A stretch of 64,000 bases of DNA from an uncultured Gemmatimonadales bacterium. Lineage in GTDB: Bacteria > Gemmatimonadota > Gemmatimonadetes > Gemmatimonadales > Gemmatimonadaceae. Each line of letters opens with the position of its first letter. Position 1 is the first letter of the stretch. A program made the translations under genes and the position numbers. The stretch lies in contig OY969695.1 of NCBI GenBank assembly GCA_963701965.1, forward strand, positions 4,256,001 through 4,320,000, read 5' to 3'. The notes beneath the pieces are model-generated. The model saw nothing but the letters and a program-made list of their open reading frames with translations, was not told where the DNA came from and searched no databases. Below are positions 1 through 10,715 of the stretch, piece by piece.

Positions 1-2029
1 TAGATCGGCGTCGATCGTGTGTACCTCGCGCAGGACGGCGTCGGTCAGACTGGCGACGTCGGTCAAGCCGGGCTGCGTACGGACGACCACGAAGCGGCTG
101 CCAATCGCGTATTGCTCTACAGGGAAATAGGTCGTGATCGGAGGCGATACGTCAGGCTCATAGGCTTTGGCGTCGCGGATGACGCCGACCACGCTTCGCC
201 AAGGGCCGTCCGAGCCCTGGCGCAAGCGTTTGCCGATCGCATCCTGGTGCGGCCAGAATCGCGCCGCCAGGTTCTCGTCTACGATGACCACGGGCGGAGC
301 CTGCCGCGTATCTTGTTCGCTGAAGAACCGGCCCCGCATGAGCGGCATACCCATAGCATGGAAATAGTCCGGGCTGACGTAGCCGCTACTGGCGATAATG
401 AGATCCGTGCCACTTGCCTTTGGGACGTAGTCTTCGATGCGAATCGGCTCCCACGCGAGCGCGACGGAGCTCAGGGGCAGCTGATAATTGGTGCCGACGG
501 AGCTGACGCCGGGGAGCGTGCGGAGCCGATCGCCGAGTTGGTGGTAGAATCCCGAGATGGCTTCCGGGGTGGCGTAGCGATACGCTGGCAACGACAGACG
601 CAGCGACAATGTGTTCCGCGGATCAAAGCCGGGACTCGCGGTGCTGATGCGTCCGTAGCTGCGGACGAGCAGTCCGGCCGCGATCAGTAGTATCAGACTC
701 AATGCCACTTCCGTGGTGATGAGCGCGTTCCGTAAGCGCCCATGTCCCAGCGTCGACCCCCGTACGCCTTCTTTGAGCGCGGCGTGCGGGTCCACGTTGG
801 CGGCCCGCAGGGCGGGGGTCAGGCCGAAGACGAGGGTGCTGACGACCGATACCGCGAACGTAAACGCCAAGACGCTGGCATCGATGCCCACGGCGTCGAG
901 ACGCGGGACACCGGCGGGTCCCGCATGTCGGAGCAGGAATATGCTGCCCGCGGCCACGCCTAGGCCAAGCGTGCCGCTGACGAGGGCCAGCAGCAGATTC
1001 TCGGTAGCGAGCTGCCGGACCAGTTGCCCGCGATGCGCGCCGAGGGCCGCGCGAATCGCCAACTCCCGTTCGCGAACGGTAGAACGGGAGAGCAAGAGAC
1101 CAGCGACATTGCTGCACGCGATGAGCAGGAGGACGGCCACAGCGCCCAAGAGCACGTACAGCGCGAGTCGCGTGTCGCCCACGACTTGATCGATCAATGG
1201 GACCACGCTGATCGTGAGACCGCCGTGTGGCGGATAGGCCTGTGGATATTCGTGCCGCATGCGGGCGGCGATCGCCTCCATCTCGGCTTGCGCCGCTTCG
1301 GCGGATACGCCAGGACGGCGGACGGCGAAAATGTTGTAATCCTCTCCGTCGCGATTGCTCCGTTCACTCGCCGCGATAGGCAGCGGGAGGAACACGTCAA
1401 TGCGTTGCACACCGTTGACCGCCGGCATGATCTCGCGGTCGAACAGGAACCGCGGCGAGAGCACACCGATGATGATCGCACTCTGGCCATTCAGTGTGAG
1501 AGACCGGCCAATGATCGACGGGTCGCCACCGAACCGCCGCTGCCAAAATCCATGAGAGAGCACGACCAATGGGGGGCGGCCGGGTTGATCGTCGTCCGGG
1601 GTGAAGAGATGCCCGAGCGCCGCGCCCGCGCCGAGTATGGGGAAGAGCGACAATGTGCTGCGGACGCCGTCGATCCGTTCCGGCAGGCCGGTGCCGGTCA
1701 TGTTGAAGCTGGCGCCGATGGCCGCTGCCACGCGCTCGAATGCGGTGTTCTCGTCCTTGATGTCGAGATATTGACCGAGTGAGAGCCAGTCGCGCGGTAC
1801 GTCCAGGCCGGGCGATCGTTGCCACAGCATCGCGAGGCGTTCCGCGTGCGGATAGGGCAGGGGGCGCAAGAGCAGCGCGTTGGCCGCGCTGAAGATCGCG
1901 CACGTGGCGCCGATGCCAATCGTGAGAGACAGCACGGCCGCAACCGTGAAGGCGGGAGCCTTCGTGAGCGCGCGTGCGCTTCGAACGAATGTCAGCCCTG
2001 ACGAGTGTCGCGGCCATGCCAAGCGTCAT
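1..2029 (-). CDS. ABC transporter permease, MacB/FtsX duplicated (ADOP-type); runs off left edge, apparent +1 indel near 1980
   Basis: Manual translation: ..ARALTKAPAFTVAAVLSLTIGIGAT..LLRPLPYP..LLIACSNVAGLLL..RERELAIRAALGA..EVALSLILLIAAGLLVRS; absent from the ORF track because there is no stop in the window. Confidence 0.85.
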
Positions 2030-2097
2030 GCCGCGCAACTTATCATTTCTCCCGTAGGCTGACTATCTTGGAGCGTCGTCTACCGCGGACTACGCCC

Positions 2098-2745
2098 ATG
2101 CGCTCTCAACCGGTCAGTCTCCTGGCGCTCGCGATGCTCGCCGGCTGCGGGTCAGGGGACGTCCCCGCCCACAACCCCAATGGCATCCTCTTGCTGCGGG
2201 GCACCGTGACCCAAGTCTCGCCCACTCGCCTCGACATCAAGACCGACTCGACTGTGGCGGCCATTGCCGTTGTCCAGCCGTTCCGTCTCTACACGCGCGC
2301 CCCGAGCAGTCTGGCCCGGGTGACGGACTCGACGTTCATCGGGGTGACGACCGTCGAGCAATCCGACGGCACCGACCAGGCGACCGAGGTGCACATCTTT
2401 CCTCCGGAGCTGCGGGGGCTCGGAGAGGGGAGCTACCTGATGGCGCAGAACGCCGCGACGCCGAGCCGCATGACCAACGGGAGCGCATCGGCATCGCGCA
2501 TGACGAACGGTTCCGCGTCGGCTTCGCGTTCTACCAATGGCAGCGTTACGCGCGACGGGGGCAGCAGCAGCCTTGTTGTCCGCTACGGCGGCCGCCAACG
2601 GACCGTCGTCGTTCCTGCAGCGACGCCCGTGACGGCGCTGCAGGTGACGACCGACAGCCTCGCCGTCGGCAGCCGGGTGGTGGTTGTGGCGAAGACGGCG
2701 TCAAACGGGACCTACACGGCTAGCTCGGCGATCCTGGCGAAATAG
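2098..2745 (+). CDS. Lipoprotein, DUF5666-like, with internal SRMTNGSASA repeats
   Basis: Lipobox LAGC; ATEVHIFPPELRGLGEG motif; MTNG repeats. Confidence 0.65.
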   Translation: MRSQPVSLLALAMLAGCGSGDVPAHNPNGILLLRGTVTQVSPTRLDIKTDSTVAAIAVVQPFRLYTRAPSSLARVTDSTFIGVTTVEQSDGTDQATEVHIFPPELRGLGEGSYLMAQNAATPSRMTNGSASASRMTNGSASASRSTNGSVTRDGGSSSLVVRYGGRQRTVVVPAATPVTALQVTTDSLAVGSRVVVVAKTASNGTYTASSAILAK

Positions 2746-2747
2746 CG

Positions 2748-3230
2748 TCAGCCGCGGCGCGCTGCCTCGATGGCCGCGATGTCGATCTTCCTCATGGTCA
2801 TCATCGCATCGAATGCGCGCTTGGCGGCAGCGGGATCGGGGTCGGTAATCGCTTTCGTGAGGGCGATCGGTGTGATCTGCCAGGATAGACCCCATTTATC
2901 CTTGCACCAGCCGCACACACTCGCTTCGCCGCCGTTGCCGATGATCGCGTTCCAATAGCGATCTGTCTCGGCCTGGTCAGTAGTGGCGATCTGAAACGAG
3001 AATGCGTCGGTGTGCTTGACGTTCGGTCCACCATTGAGACCGAGGCAGGGAATGCCCATCACGGTGAACTCGACCGTCAACACATCTCCGGTCTTGCCCG
3101 ACGGAAAATCCCCTGGTGCGCGGTGGACCGCGCCGACGGACGAATCGGGAAAGGTCTTGGCGTAAAACCGGGCTGCGCCCTCGGCGTCGCGATCGTACCA
3201 CAGGCAGATCGTGTTCTTTGCGGGTGTCAC
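2748..3230 (-). CDS. VOC family protein (PhnB/3-demethylubiquinone-9 3-methyltransferase-like)
   Basis: CLWYD..AEGAARFY, LNGGP, CGWCKDKWGLSWQI, MMTMRKIDIA motifs. Confidence 0.9.
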   Translation of the reverse strand: MTPAKNTICLWYDRDAEGAARFYAKTFPDSSVGAVHRAPGDFPSGKTGDVLTVEFTVMGIPCLGLNGGPNVKHTDAFSFQIATTDQAETDRYWNAIIGNGGEASVCGWCKDKWGLSWQITPIALTKAITDPDPAAAKRAFDAMMTMRKIDIAAIEAARRG

Positions 3231-3278
3231 GCCATTCCTCCTTGTGATGTGGATCTTCCCAGCAAAGCGCTTAGCGCG

Positions 3279-3887
3279 TCATCGCGCAGCGGCAACGGCC
3301 TGAGGTTCGGCTCGCAGCGCTCCAACGTATCGATACGTGTTCAGGAGCAGGCCCGTGGGCGTCGCCCTCGAGCTAACGAAAGCGAGCTCGCGCGGGTCAG
3401 CGCTATCCGAAAAGAATCGTTTGCCGGGGCCCAGCAAGACCGGATAGACGATCAGTACCACCTCATCGACCAGTCCCTGCTCGAGCAACACGGACGTCAG
3501 CGTCGCACTGCCCCAGACGATCAGGTCAGGCCCGTCCGTTGCCTTTACGTCGCGAACACCCTGCACGATGTCCTTGCCGAGATTCGCGACCGGCCCCCAT
3601 GTCAGGCCGTCCGGCCTGTGGGTCGCGACGTACTTCGTCGCGGCATTCAGACCGTCGGCAAACGGACCGCCCTTGACCTTCGGCCAGAAGCCAGCCCAGA
3701 GATCGTAGGTGCGGCGGCCCAGCACCAGATCGAGGCTCCCGTACGCCTTGGCGAGGGACTGTGCCCCTTCGGCGGTTCGATACGGTGCCGTCCATCCGCC
3801 ATTCGCATAGTCGGTGTCTTCGTGCCGCCCGCCGGGCGAGATCACGCCGTCCAGCGAGATGTGTTCGCAGATCAAGAGTTTTCTCAT
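3279..3887 (-). CDS. Dihydrofolate reductase family (RibD C-terminal) protein
   Basis: MRKL..ISLDG, LGRRTY, VWGSATL, GLVDE..YPVLLGPGKRFF. Confidence 0.9.
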   Translation of the reverse strand: MRKLLICEHISLDGVISPGGRHEDTDYANGGWTAPYRTAEGAQSLAKAYGSLDLVLGRRTYDLWAGFWPKVKGGPFADGLNAATKYVATHRPDGLTWGPVANLGKDIVQGVRDVKATDGPDLIVWGSATLTSVLLEQGLVDEVVLIVYPVLLGPGKRFFSDSADPRELAFVSSRATPTGLLLNTYRYVGALRAEPQAVAAAR

Positions 3888-4096
3888 TTCCAGTCGCCCT
3901 TTGTTGGGTGTTTTTTCGATGCCTCTATCTTGTCGACGAACGACCGGACGGCAATTCGACACCCGCGGCACGCGGCGCTGTCGATCCGCGGGTACCGGTA
4001 ACGAAACGCTCCTCGCCGTTGATGAGCGAGGAGCGGCCGTAAGTCCCAATATATCAACCGGTACGGCGGGATTAAATGACGACGAGATCCTCGCCG

Positions 4097-4834
4097 TCAG
4101 GGCGAATAGCGGCCCAGATCAATGGGGCGTTTTCGCCGGAACATGTTCCCCATCATTGGCCGCTTGACGAGGAAAAGGTGCATGCCGACCGCCCCAGCGA
4201 GCGCGAGCCCAATGTGTAGCGGGCTGAACACCAGGTGAGGCAAGAACTCTCGTGCGCCACGAGGCCGCGACAGCGCATAGATGACCCACAGGCCGATAAG
4301 GCCGAGCCGCGCCACGTGCCGGACCAGCCAGTATCCCCTGCGCCGGACGGCCAGGTTCTGATCCACCATCGTCAGCGGCCATGCCGCCACGAACGCGATG
4401 AACGCGGGAAAGTAGATGCGGCCTGAGCCGGTGAAGAGCGAGTCCGTGGCACAGTAGGCGAACACGGCGGAGTAGATGATCCCCGCGATCGAGGCCGCCA
4501 CCGGATACAGGCAGGCCCAGAGCGGAATGGAATAGGGATAGAGGGGCGCGCCAACGAAGATGAGCAGCAGCAGGCCACCGATCGCACCGAACGGATTCCC
4601 TCGGGCATTCTCCGCGTTCTGCACCGGACCCGCGTTCCGACCGAATGGCGACTGCAGCGCCGGCGCCGTGGGTCCGATGAGCTCATACGGCGCCGGGCCC
4701 GCGGCATTCTGACGCCCCAACTCGGCCTGATTCCAGTTCCGAATCGCGCGGCCGGCCTCGAACTCGTTCTGGTTGCCGCCAGCCGGCATCGACAGCCCAT
4801 TGAGGCCAGCGTTCCGGCTATCCAAGTCACTCAT
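4097..4834 (-). CDS. Hypothetical membrane protein
   Basis: 245 aa ORF with GGAGG RBS and several hydrophobic segments. Confidence 0.6.
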   Translation of the reverse strand: MSDLDSRNAGLNGLSMPAGGNQNEFEAGRAIRNWNQAELGRQNAAGPAPYELIGPTAPALQSPFGRNAGPVQNAENARGNPFGAIGGLLLLIFVGAPLYPYSIPLWACLYPVAASIAGIIYSAVFAYCATDSLFTGSGRIYFPAFIAFVAAWPLTMVDQNLAVRRRGYWLVRHVARLGLIGLWVIYALSRPRGAREFLPHLVFSPLHIGLALAGAVGMHLFLVKRPMMGNMFRRKRPIDLGRYSP

Positions 4835-5131
4835 GGCTACCTCCGTGCTCGACTATGCGCAGGACGGTGCTTCCATCCGTCATCGCGCCGACTCTCTGGC
4901 GACTCGATCGACCCTGGACCCGTCGTCCGTCAAAGCGCGTCCCGGCGCGCGGGGGGCGCAAGCTCGCCTGATCCAAAGACGACCATTGTGTCGGTCAAGC
5001 GCCTAGGTCTTTGACGCGCGGCCCATATTCAATACGAGAGCGAGCAGTCTCCGAATCGGACCGGGGGGTCGCACCTGGATCGCAATTGCGGATCTGACGC
5101 GTCGGCGCAGTCCGTCGCGCGAGTTGCACGA

Positions 5132-5662
5132 TTAAGCGGGAACGTACGTCAACCTGATCACGTCCTCGGCAACTAGATCGCTCGTCACAAGGCGGAGCCG
5201 CGGCCGGGGACCGGCGAAGAATGGCGTGCCGCGACCAAGCACGACGGGGTGGATGTAGAGTCGATACTCATCGATGAGACCAAGATCGGCCAGGCTTCCT
5301 GCCAAGTTTGGTCCGGCAACCGCAAGCTCCCCAGCTAGCTGGGCCTTCAGCCCACGGATCGCCGCCTCAATGTCACCCTCGACAAGCGTGGCGTTGGGCC
5401 CGACCGATTTCAACGAGCGCGAGATGACCCACTTCGGTTGCTTCCGCCACGCCGCCGCGTACTCACGTCTCTCCGCGACCCAGTCCGCTTGGTCTTCGTC
5501 CCAGTAACGCATGACCTCGTACGTGCGGCGACCGTACACCATGCCCGTCAGGTCGCGCACGTGCTCTATGAAGTGACGAAAGAGCGTCGGGTTTGGCCCA
5601 AATTTCAAATGGTCGACGTAGCCATCCAAGGACTGGTTCAATCCGAAGACGAGCTTCGCCAT
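5132..5662 (-). CDS. Dihydrofolate reductase family (RibD C-terminal) protein
   Basis: MAKLVFGLNQSLDGY, YGRRTYE, AGPNLA, GLIDEYRLYIHPVVLGRG. Confidence 0.9.
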   Translation of the reverse strand: MAKLVFGLNQSLDGYVDHLKFGPNPTLFRHFIEHVRDLTGMVYGRRTYEVMRYWDEDQADWVAERREYAAAWRKQPKWVISRSLKSVGPNATLVEGDIEAAIRGLKAQLAGELAVAGPNLAGSLADLGLIDEYRLYIHPVVLGRGTPFFAGPRPRLRLVTSDLVAEDVIRLTYVPA

Positions 5663-5824
5663 GCTAGAAATCTCCACCCCAGGGTCAGAACAGCGCGGTT
5701 GGACACAATGGGTGCGGGCGGTGCCCTCGTTACCCACAGAGAATTTGCGTGCACCAGCCCAGCACGCAAGCCCATCGCGCTCGAGAGCCACGCCAGTCCT
5801 GCACTAGCCGGCGCGCCCACGCGC

Positions 5825-6210
5825 TCATCGCACCTTTAGCCGCTCAATGACGGCCTGGATGCGGGGGTCGGACCGAATGGGAGCATAGAGCGTATCCTCG
5901 AGCGAGAAACCAATTCCACCAACGTTCAATGCGGCGCCCTTCACCAACCACTGGATCGCGGTGAGCAGCGGTACAATGTGAGGATGCTGGAGCGTGGCCG
6001 CGAGGAGGATCTCGCGCTTGACCGTTCGAGCGAGACCTGCGCCGCGGTCTCCTACGGGAGCACCTTGATCACGACCTTGCGGCTGAGGGCCGTGTCCTCG
6101 GCCACGAACACGCGTGACATTCCGCCGCCGCCGAGTTCGCGCTCGAGTGTGTACCTGCCGCTCAGGGTCGCTTGGAGCTGATCGCGTAGGTCCGACGACG
6201 GCAGACGGTG
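5825..6210 (-). pseudogene. Internally deleted Ser/Thr kinase-TPR gene (N- and C-termini joined)
   Basis: RYTLERELGGGGMSRVF..VVIKVLP*..REILLAATLQHPHIVPLLTA fused directly to IQWL..YAPIRSDPRIQAVIERL; stop and frameshift present. Confidence 0.75.
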
Positions 6211-6329
6211 CTCCAAAAGGTAGCGAGACACCGAAGATAAGCCCCGCGCGACTGAAGAGACTAGCACGTGAGACGAGCACTCCCGCCCAGCGTGCCGCCG
6301 TGCCAATGGATCGCCACCAGTACAACGCG

Positions 6330-6450
6330 CGCTCTGGTTCACCGTTGCGCTCGGCCTCCTCGCGCTGCTCGGGATCTACGGCATGATCGCGTACAGCGTC
6401 GCGCAGCGCCCGCGCGAGATCGGCATTCGTGTCGCGCTGGGGGCGGGGGC
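6330..6450 (+). pseudogene. ABC permease C-terminal fragment
   Basis: LLALLGIYGMIAYSVAQRPREIGIRVALGA only. Confidence 0.7.
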
Positions 6451-6715
6451 TCATCGCGCCAGCCACGCTCACGGATGCCGACGAGGGCGGGCATTCGCGT
6501 ACGGAGACATGGCGCCAGAACGTGCGGATCCTCGAAGTCGGGATGTGTCTCATGCGCAGCCCGGAGGTGGTCGACGGTGCACACGAGGACTGTTGTGTAG
6601 TTGGCCTGGTCTACTCCCGCCGACGAGTCGAGCTCGACGGCCCCGCAACGCGTTGGGCACGGCTTCTGCCAAGTAAGCAAGAGCACGAAATGCAGGCTTA
6701 CTGCTGGAGGACACT

Positions 6716-7078
6716 GTGACGGACAAAATGAGCAAGGGCATGTCGGAAGCCGGTCGCGAATCAAAATCCGCGGACTGGGGAGCGGAAGAGGAATATTGGC
6801 GTGCGAACTACGGAACGCGTCCTTATGTCACCGCCGATCGTGGGTACGACTACTACGAACCGGGCTATCGGTACGGAACGGAATCCGCATCAGCCTATCG
6901 GGGTCGGTCTTGGGACGAAGTCGAGCCCGATCTGCGCAAGGGATGGGAAGGTGGGAGGCACGCGGCCCGATCGACCTGGGAGGACATCAAATCGTCGGTC
7001 CGTGACGCTTGGGATCGGATCACGGGTCAGTCGTCGAACGCGTCGCCTCGCGACCCAATGAAGCGCATGAACGAGTAA
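6716..7078 (+). CDS. Hypothetical protein (stress-protein-like)
   Basis: GGAGG RBS; YEPGYRYG..WDEVEPDLRKGWE..STWEDIKSSVRDAWD. Confidence 0.7.
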   Translation: MTDKMSKGMSEAGRESKSADWGAEEEYWRANYGTRPYVTADRGYDYYEPGYRYGTESASAYRGRSWDEVEPDLRKGWEGGRHAARSTWEDIKSSVRDAWDRITGQSSNASPRDPMKRMNE

Positions 7079-7281
7079 GGCCGAGGAATCGGTGGCTCGG
7101 CGCAGACGATGCTGCCGAGCCGCCAGGCCTTCGTTTGGGCACCCCCGCCGCTGCGCTGGCGCACGCCGACGATCCGGGACTCGCGGTCCGGATCGGGGCT
7201 TGGATACCGTGGGACCGCCCAAGCACTGGACCGCCTCGGTGACGGGTCGCCGTTGACATCCCTACGAGCGCGCATTTACGT

Positions 7282-7757
7282 ATGGATGGGGGCGTTTCGA
7301 ACGAGGGCATATCGGTGCCAGGGTACATCGAAGTACCAGGCTACCAAGGTCCGGATCGACGGTCTGAAAAGAGCAACGCGACGCACCCAGAGCGACGCAA
7401 CCCGAACGCGTCCCTGATGCGCGAGGCCAATCGGGTATTGGCTCGCTTGGTTACGACCATCGCGGCGGCCAAGGCAGCGCAAAACGTCCCAGTGCCTGTG
7501 AGTCACTCACCGAGACCCTTGGTGTGGTCGGAGACATTCCTTCGCGATAGCGCTGTTGATCGCGATCAGCTTCGGCAGGTTGTCGGACGGCTGGCTCGTA
7601 GCGAGCGCCGAGGGGGAGCGCCACCAGAGAAATGCTGCTCCTCATGAAGGACCTGCTGCGAAGCGTCACCGCCCCGACGTTGGAGTGGCCAGAAGCGCGG
7701 CGGTTGATGGACGACATCGTGCAATGGAGCGTCGAGGCGTACTACGCCGAGCCCTGA
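7282..7757 (+). CDS. Hypothetical protein, frameshift near 7630
   Basis: ..GAPPEK continues in another frame as MLLLMKDLL..IVQWSVEAYYAEP*. Confidence 0.5.
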
Positions 7758-7828
7758 AGCGGACGCTCCTCCCACGACGGCGGATGTTCGGATCGCGGGA
7801 GATCGTCACGGGGCGACTCGAAGGACAT

Positions 7829-8707
7829 CTAGCGTTGTCGCCACCAGTGCGTCACCGACCACTTGAAGTCCTTGGCACTTGGCGCGAATAGGCGCTTGCC
7901 GAGCGTGAGCGCGTGCTGCCGGAGGAACGCTTGACGCCGCATGATCGATCCCAGCACCAGGGCTCTGGTTCGTGCATCGCCGTAGCGATCGTCGCCATCA
8001 AGGAGGATCGCGCGCAAGGTCGCGAGGTCGTGATCCTTGCCCAGCCACTGTTCCATGCGTCGCAAGGTCTGGGCCCGGGACCGTGGACCGTTCGGCAACT
8101 GTCCAAAGAGCCGAACATGATACCAGTGATCTTTGATCCGCTTTCGCCACTCGTGAAAAGCGGCCGCCTCGCCGTCCAGCGCGAGGGTCCGAAAGGCCGT
8201 CCGCGCTTGGCGATAGCTGGCGACGGCGCCAGCGCGGGCGGCACGAAAGTCCCCGGTCCGCTCGACGTGCGCCGGGACCTCTTGGCAGGACACAACGAGC
8301 GCCTGCTTCGCGCGTCCTAGGAGAGGCCGGACCTTGGCCTTGGCTTGGCGTTTCCGTGTGGATAGCCCGCGGCCGCAGGCGCGAACCACCGGTGAGGACA
8401 CGGCCGCGGGATACCGCCCGTGCAGCTCGCGCAGCGTGTCGAGCGTAGCGTCCGCGTCTCGTAATGACGCCAGGGCCTGCGCCACCGTCCGCAGCCGGGC
8501 GTTCTCGTCGGAATAGTCCGAGGCGAGCGGCGTGCGAAGGAGGCGCAACACCGCGCGCGTCTTTTTCACACTCTTGCGCGCCTCGTGGATGCCGGAGTCG
8601 TCAGGGGCGTTTCCGGCCAAGGCTTCCAGAGCGGTACGCAATTCGCCGCGCACGATCCGCCGCAACTGCTTCCGCATGCTGCCCCGTCGCTGGAGACGAA
8701 AGGCCAT
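7829..8707 (-). CDS. CHAD domain protein
   Basis: IHEARKSVKKTRAVLRL, LRDADA, FHEWRKRIKDHWY, LGKDHDL motifs. Confidence 0.9.
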   Translation of the reverse strand: MAFRLQRRGSMRKQLRRIVRGELRTALEALAGNAPDDSGIHEARKSVKKTRAVLRLLRTPLASDYSDENARLRTVAQALASLRDADATLDTLRELHGRYPAAVSSPVVRACGRGLSTRKRQAKAKVRPLLGRAKQALVVSCQEVPAHVERTGDFRAARAGAVASYRQARTAFRTLALDGEAAAFHEWRKRIKDHWYHVRLFGQLPNGPRSRAQTLRRMEQWLGKDHDLATLRAILLDGDDRYGDARTRALVLGSIMRRQAFLRQHALTLGKRLFAPSAKDFKWSVTHWWRQR

Positions 8708-8782
8708 GGCAGGTGCTCCGTGGGCGCTCGCGTCTCATCGCGCGGACGCTTGGGGCGCGGATGCTGGGGCGATCGTCCGCCT

Positions 8783-8938
8783 CTAGGACCGTTTGCGTCG
8801 GGCCATCTTGGCGCCCTGTCTTCCGAGTGCGGTGCGTGTTTTCTTGGGCAATTTCGATATGGTGCGCTCGCGCTTGGCTGCAGCCGCAGCCTTCTTGATA
8901 TTCTTGCGCGCGGCGCGCTTCTGCTTGGATGTCGCCAT
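8783..8938 (-). CDS. Small basic hypothetical protein
   Basis: MATSKQKRAARKNIKKAAAAAKRERTISKLPKKTRTALGRQG. Confidence 0.7.
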   Translation of the reverse strand: MATSKQKRAARKNIKKAAAAAKRERTISKLPKKTRTALGRQGAKMARRKRS

Positions 8939-9026
8939 ACGAGACACCAATTGCATGGCACGTGCCGTCTGAGACGGCCAGCGATCCCTTCCAGGACGGC
9001 CGAATAGCCGACAATCCATGTGGCAT

Positions 9027-9359
9027 TCACACGATGCGCATAGCCAGGATGCGACCGTTGTCAAGCTCAATGGCGTTGCCGAGGACCTTCTTGGACCGTT
9101 CGCCGCCTTCGGACTTGGTGTCGAGTGTGATCTGCAGTTCAATGCGGTCTCCGGCTTGCGCCGCGTCTTGGATGACGACCCTGGCGTCGGCGGTCCGCCA
9201 CTCGTCGGTCCAGTGTGACGCCACCGCCTGTGGCCCGTGCAGCATGTGTCCCTGACCGTCATCCCAGTCGACGTCCGGGCTGAGGTTGGCGAGTGCCTGG
9301 GCAAGATTCCGTCGATTGTACGCATCGTAGGTTTGACGCAATGCGTCGATGGCATTCAT
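9027..9359 (-). CDS. SnoaL/NTF2-like protein (preceded in frame by an SDR fragment)
   Basis: YDAYNRRNL..LSPDVDW..HG..AVASHW; upstream GLDIFVSSAG..FTLEDFE resembles an SDR relic. Confidence 0.7.
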   Translation of the reverse strand: MNAIDALRQTYDAYNRRNLAQALANLSPDVDWDDGQGHMLHGPQAVASHWTDEWRTADARVVIQDAAQAGDRIELQITLDTKSEGGERSKKVLGNAIELDNGRILAMRIV

Positions 9360-9684
9360 GCTGTTCTCCAGCGCGACGATCTCCTCGAAATCTTCGAGGG
9401 TGAACGCGTCGATGGGCTTGAAGAGCAGGGCTCCGGCGCTGCTCACAAAGATGTCGAGGCCGCGCCTCTTCGCCGAATGGGCCGACCCGACGATCCTCGT
9501 CATCGGCACCCACTTCGCCGCCCCCACCGCCGGCCACGTCGTCCGCGACGGCGCAGCGTTCAGGTTTGCGGTGTGAGGGCGGCGAGCCCCACTCCCGCCA
9601 TTTCGTCGGGAATTTAGCGCCGCCGAAACGAGTACGTCCCTCCGCTACCGACCCACGTAGTTTCCGCGCGTCAACGCCGAGCCG

Positions 9685-10092
9685 CTAAGCAGACCCGGTC
9701 TCGGTCCAGTCAGCGCGCGCGAGACCGGCAACGCGGTTGAACTCCGCGGTGTTGCGTGTGATGAACGTGTAACCGGTGGCGACGGCAACGCTGGCAATGA
9801 CGAGATCGCGCTCGCCGATCGGGTTCCCGCGCAGCGCGTACCGGAGCTCGGCGTGCCAGCGGGCGGCGTCGCGGTCGAAGGGGAGGCATTCGATCGGCGC
9901 CGACAGAAAGGCCTCGACGCGGGCAAGGCCCGCCACCGGATCCCGGCTGTTCCGGGCGCCGTAGCGGAGCTCGGCCTCGGTCATTGCTGTGACCGCGAGA
10001 TCATCCGGCGAGAGTGCGCGCACGCGCGTGACGACGGGCTCTTTCTCCCGCAGCACCCGAATGCAGATATCCGTGTCGAGTATGTAGCGCAC
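9685..10092 (-). CDS. vapC: VapC PIN-domain toxin
   Basis: YILDTDICI, TEAELRYG, IGERDLVIA, ITRNTAEF. Confidence 0.92.
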   Translation of the reverse strand: MRYILDTDICIRVLREKEPVVTRVRALSPDDLAVTAMTEAELRYGARNSRDPVAGLARVEAFLSAPIECLPFDRDAARWHAELRYALRGNPIGERDLVIASVAVATGYTFITRNTAEFNRVAGLARADWTETGSA

Positions 10093-10102
10093 GTGACCCC
10101 GC

Positions 10103-10375
10103 TCAATCGTGGTCGAACGAGTCGAGCGCGGCGTCGCGATGCGGCGAAACCGGCAGCGGCTCCGGGACGACGACGTCCTCCGGCAACGGCGGGAGGCTGG
10201 CCAAGTGCTCCCAGAAGCCCGCCGGCCAGGTGCGCTTCTCGAGCGGCTCGAGGATCACCGCTGCGCCAACCCGCCGGATGCGCACGGCGGACCCGGAAAA
10301 CCGAAACTCTTTGGGTAGACGCACCGCCTGGCTGCCGCCCGATGTGAAGAGACCCGCGGTGGTATACGCGCTCAT
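10103..10375 (-). CDS. vapB: VapB antitoxin (AbrB/MazE-type)
   Basis: LFTSGGSQAVRLPKEFRF..VILEP; directly upstream of vapC. Confidence 0.92.
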   Translation of the reverse strand: MSAYTTAGLFTSGGSQAVRLPKEFRFSGSAVRIRRVGAAVILEPLEKRTWPAGFWEHLASLPPLPEDVVVPEPLPVSPHRDAALDSFDHD

Positions 10376-10417
10376 CGTAAGTTACCAAGTGATGGGTATT
10401 ACAGAACTTACGCCAAG

Positions 10418-10434
10418 GTATATACAGTATATAC
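10418..10434. promoter_or_regulatory. Likely vapBC operator (GTATATAC x2)
   Basis: GTATATAC-A-GTATATAC palindromes in the AT-rich region upstream of vapB. Confidence 0.6.
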
Positions 10435-10715
10435 TTCGTTCGAGCTCGACGCAAGATGACCCGCTAGAATCTCAGAGCTTCAACGATGGGTCAACGCCGG
10501 GGGCCCAGGGCTTCGACTGTCAACCAAGGCGTCAATGGCGGTGCGTATTAAAGATACCCCGGCGTCGGCGCCCGACTCGACCTACGAAAATGCCGGGATA
10601 GGCCGGGAGAAACGCGGAACGAACGCGTAATACGCCAGCCGCGGCTAAGCGACGGTACCAGTGCTCGGCGTGTGCACGCCATTCCGTTGGCGGCGTCTCT
10701 TCTAGAGCGTTAGCG

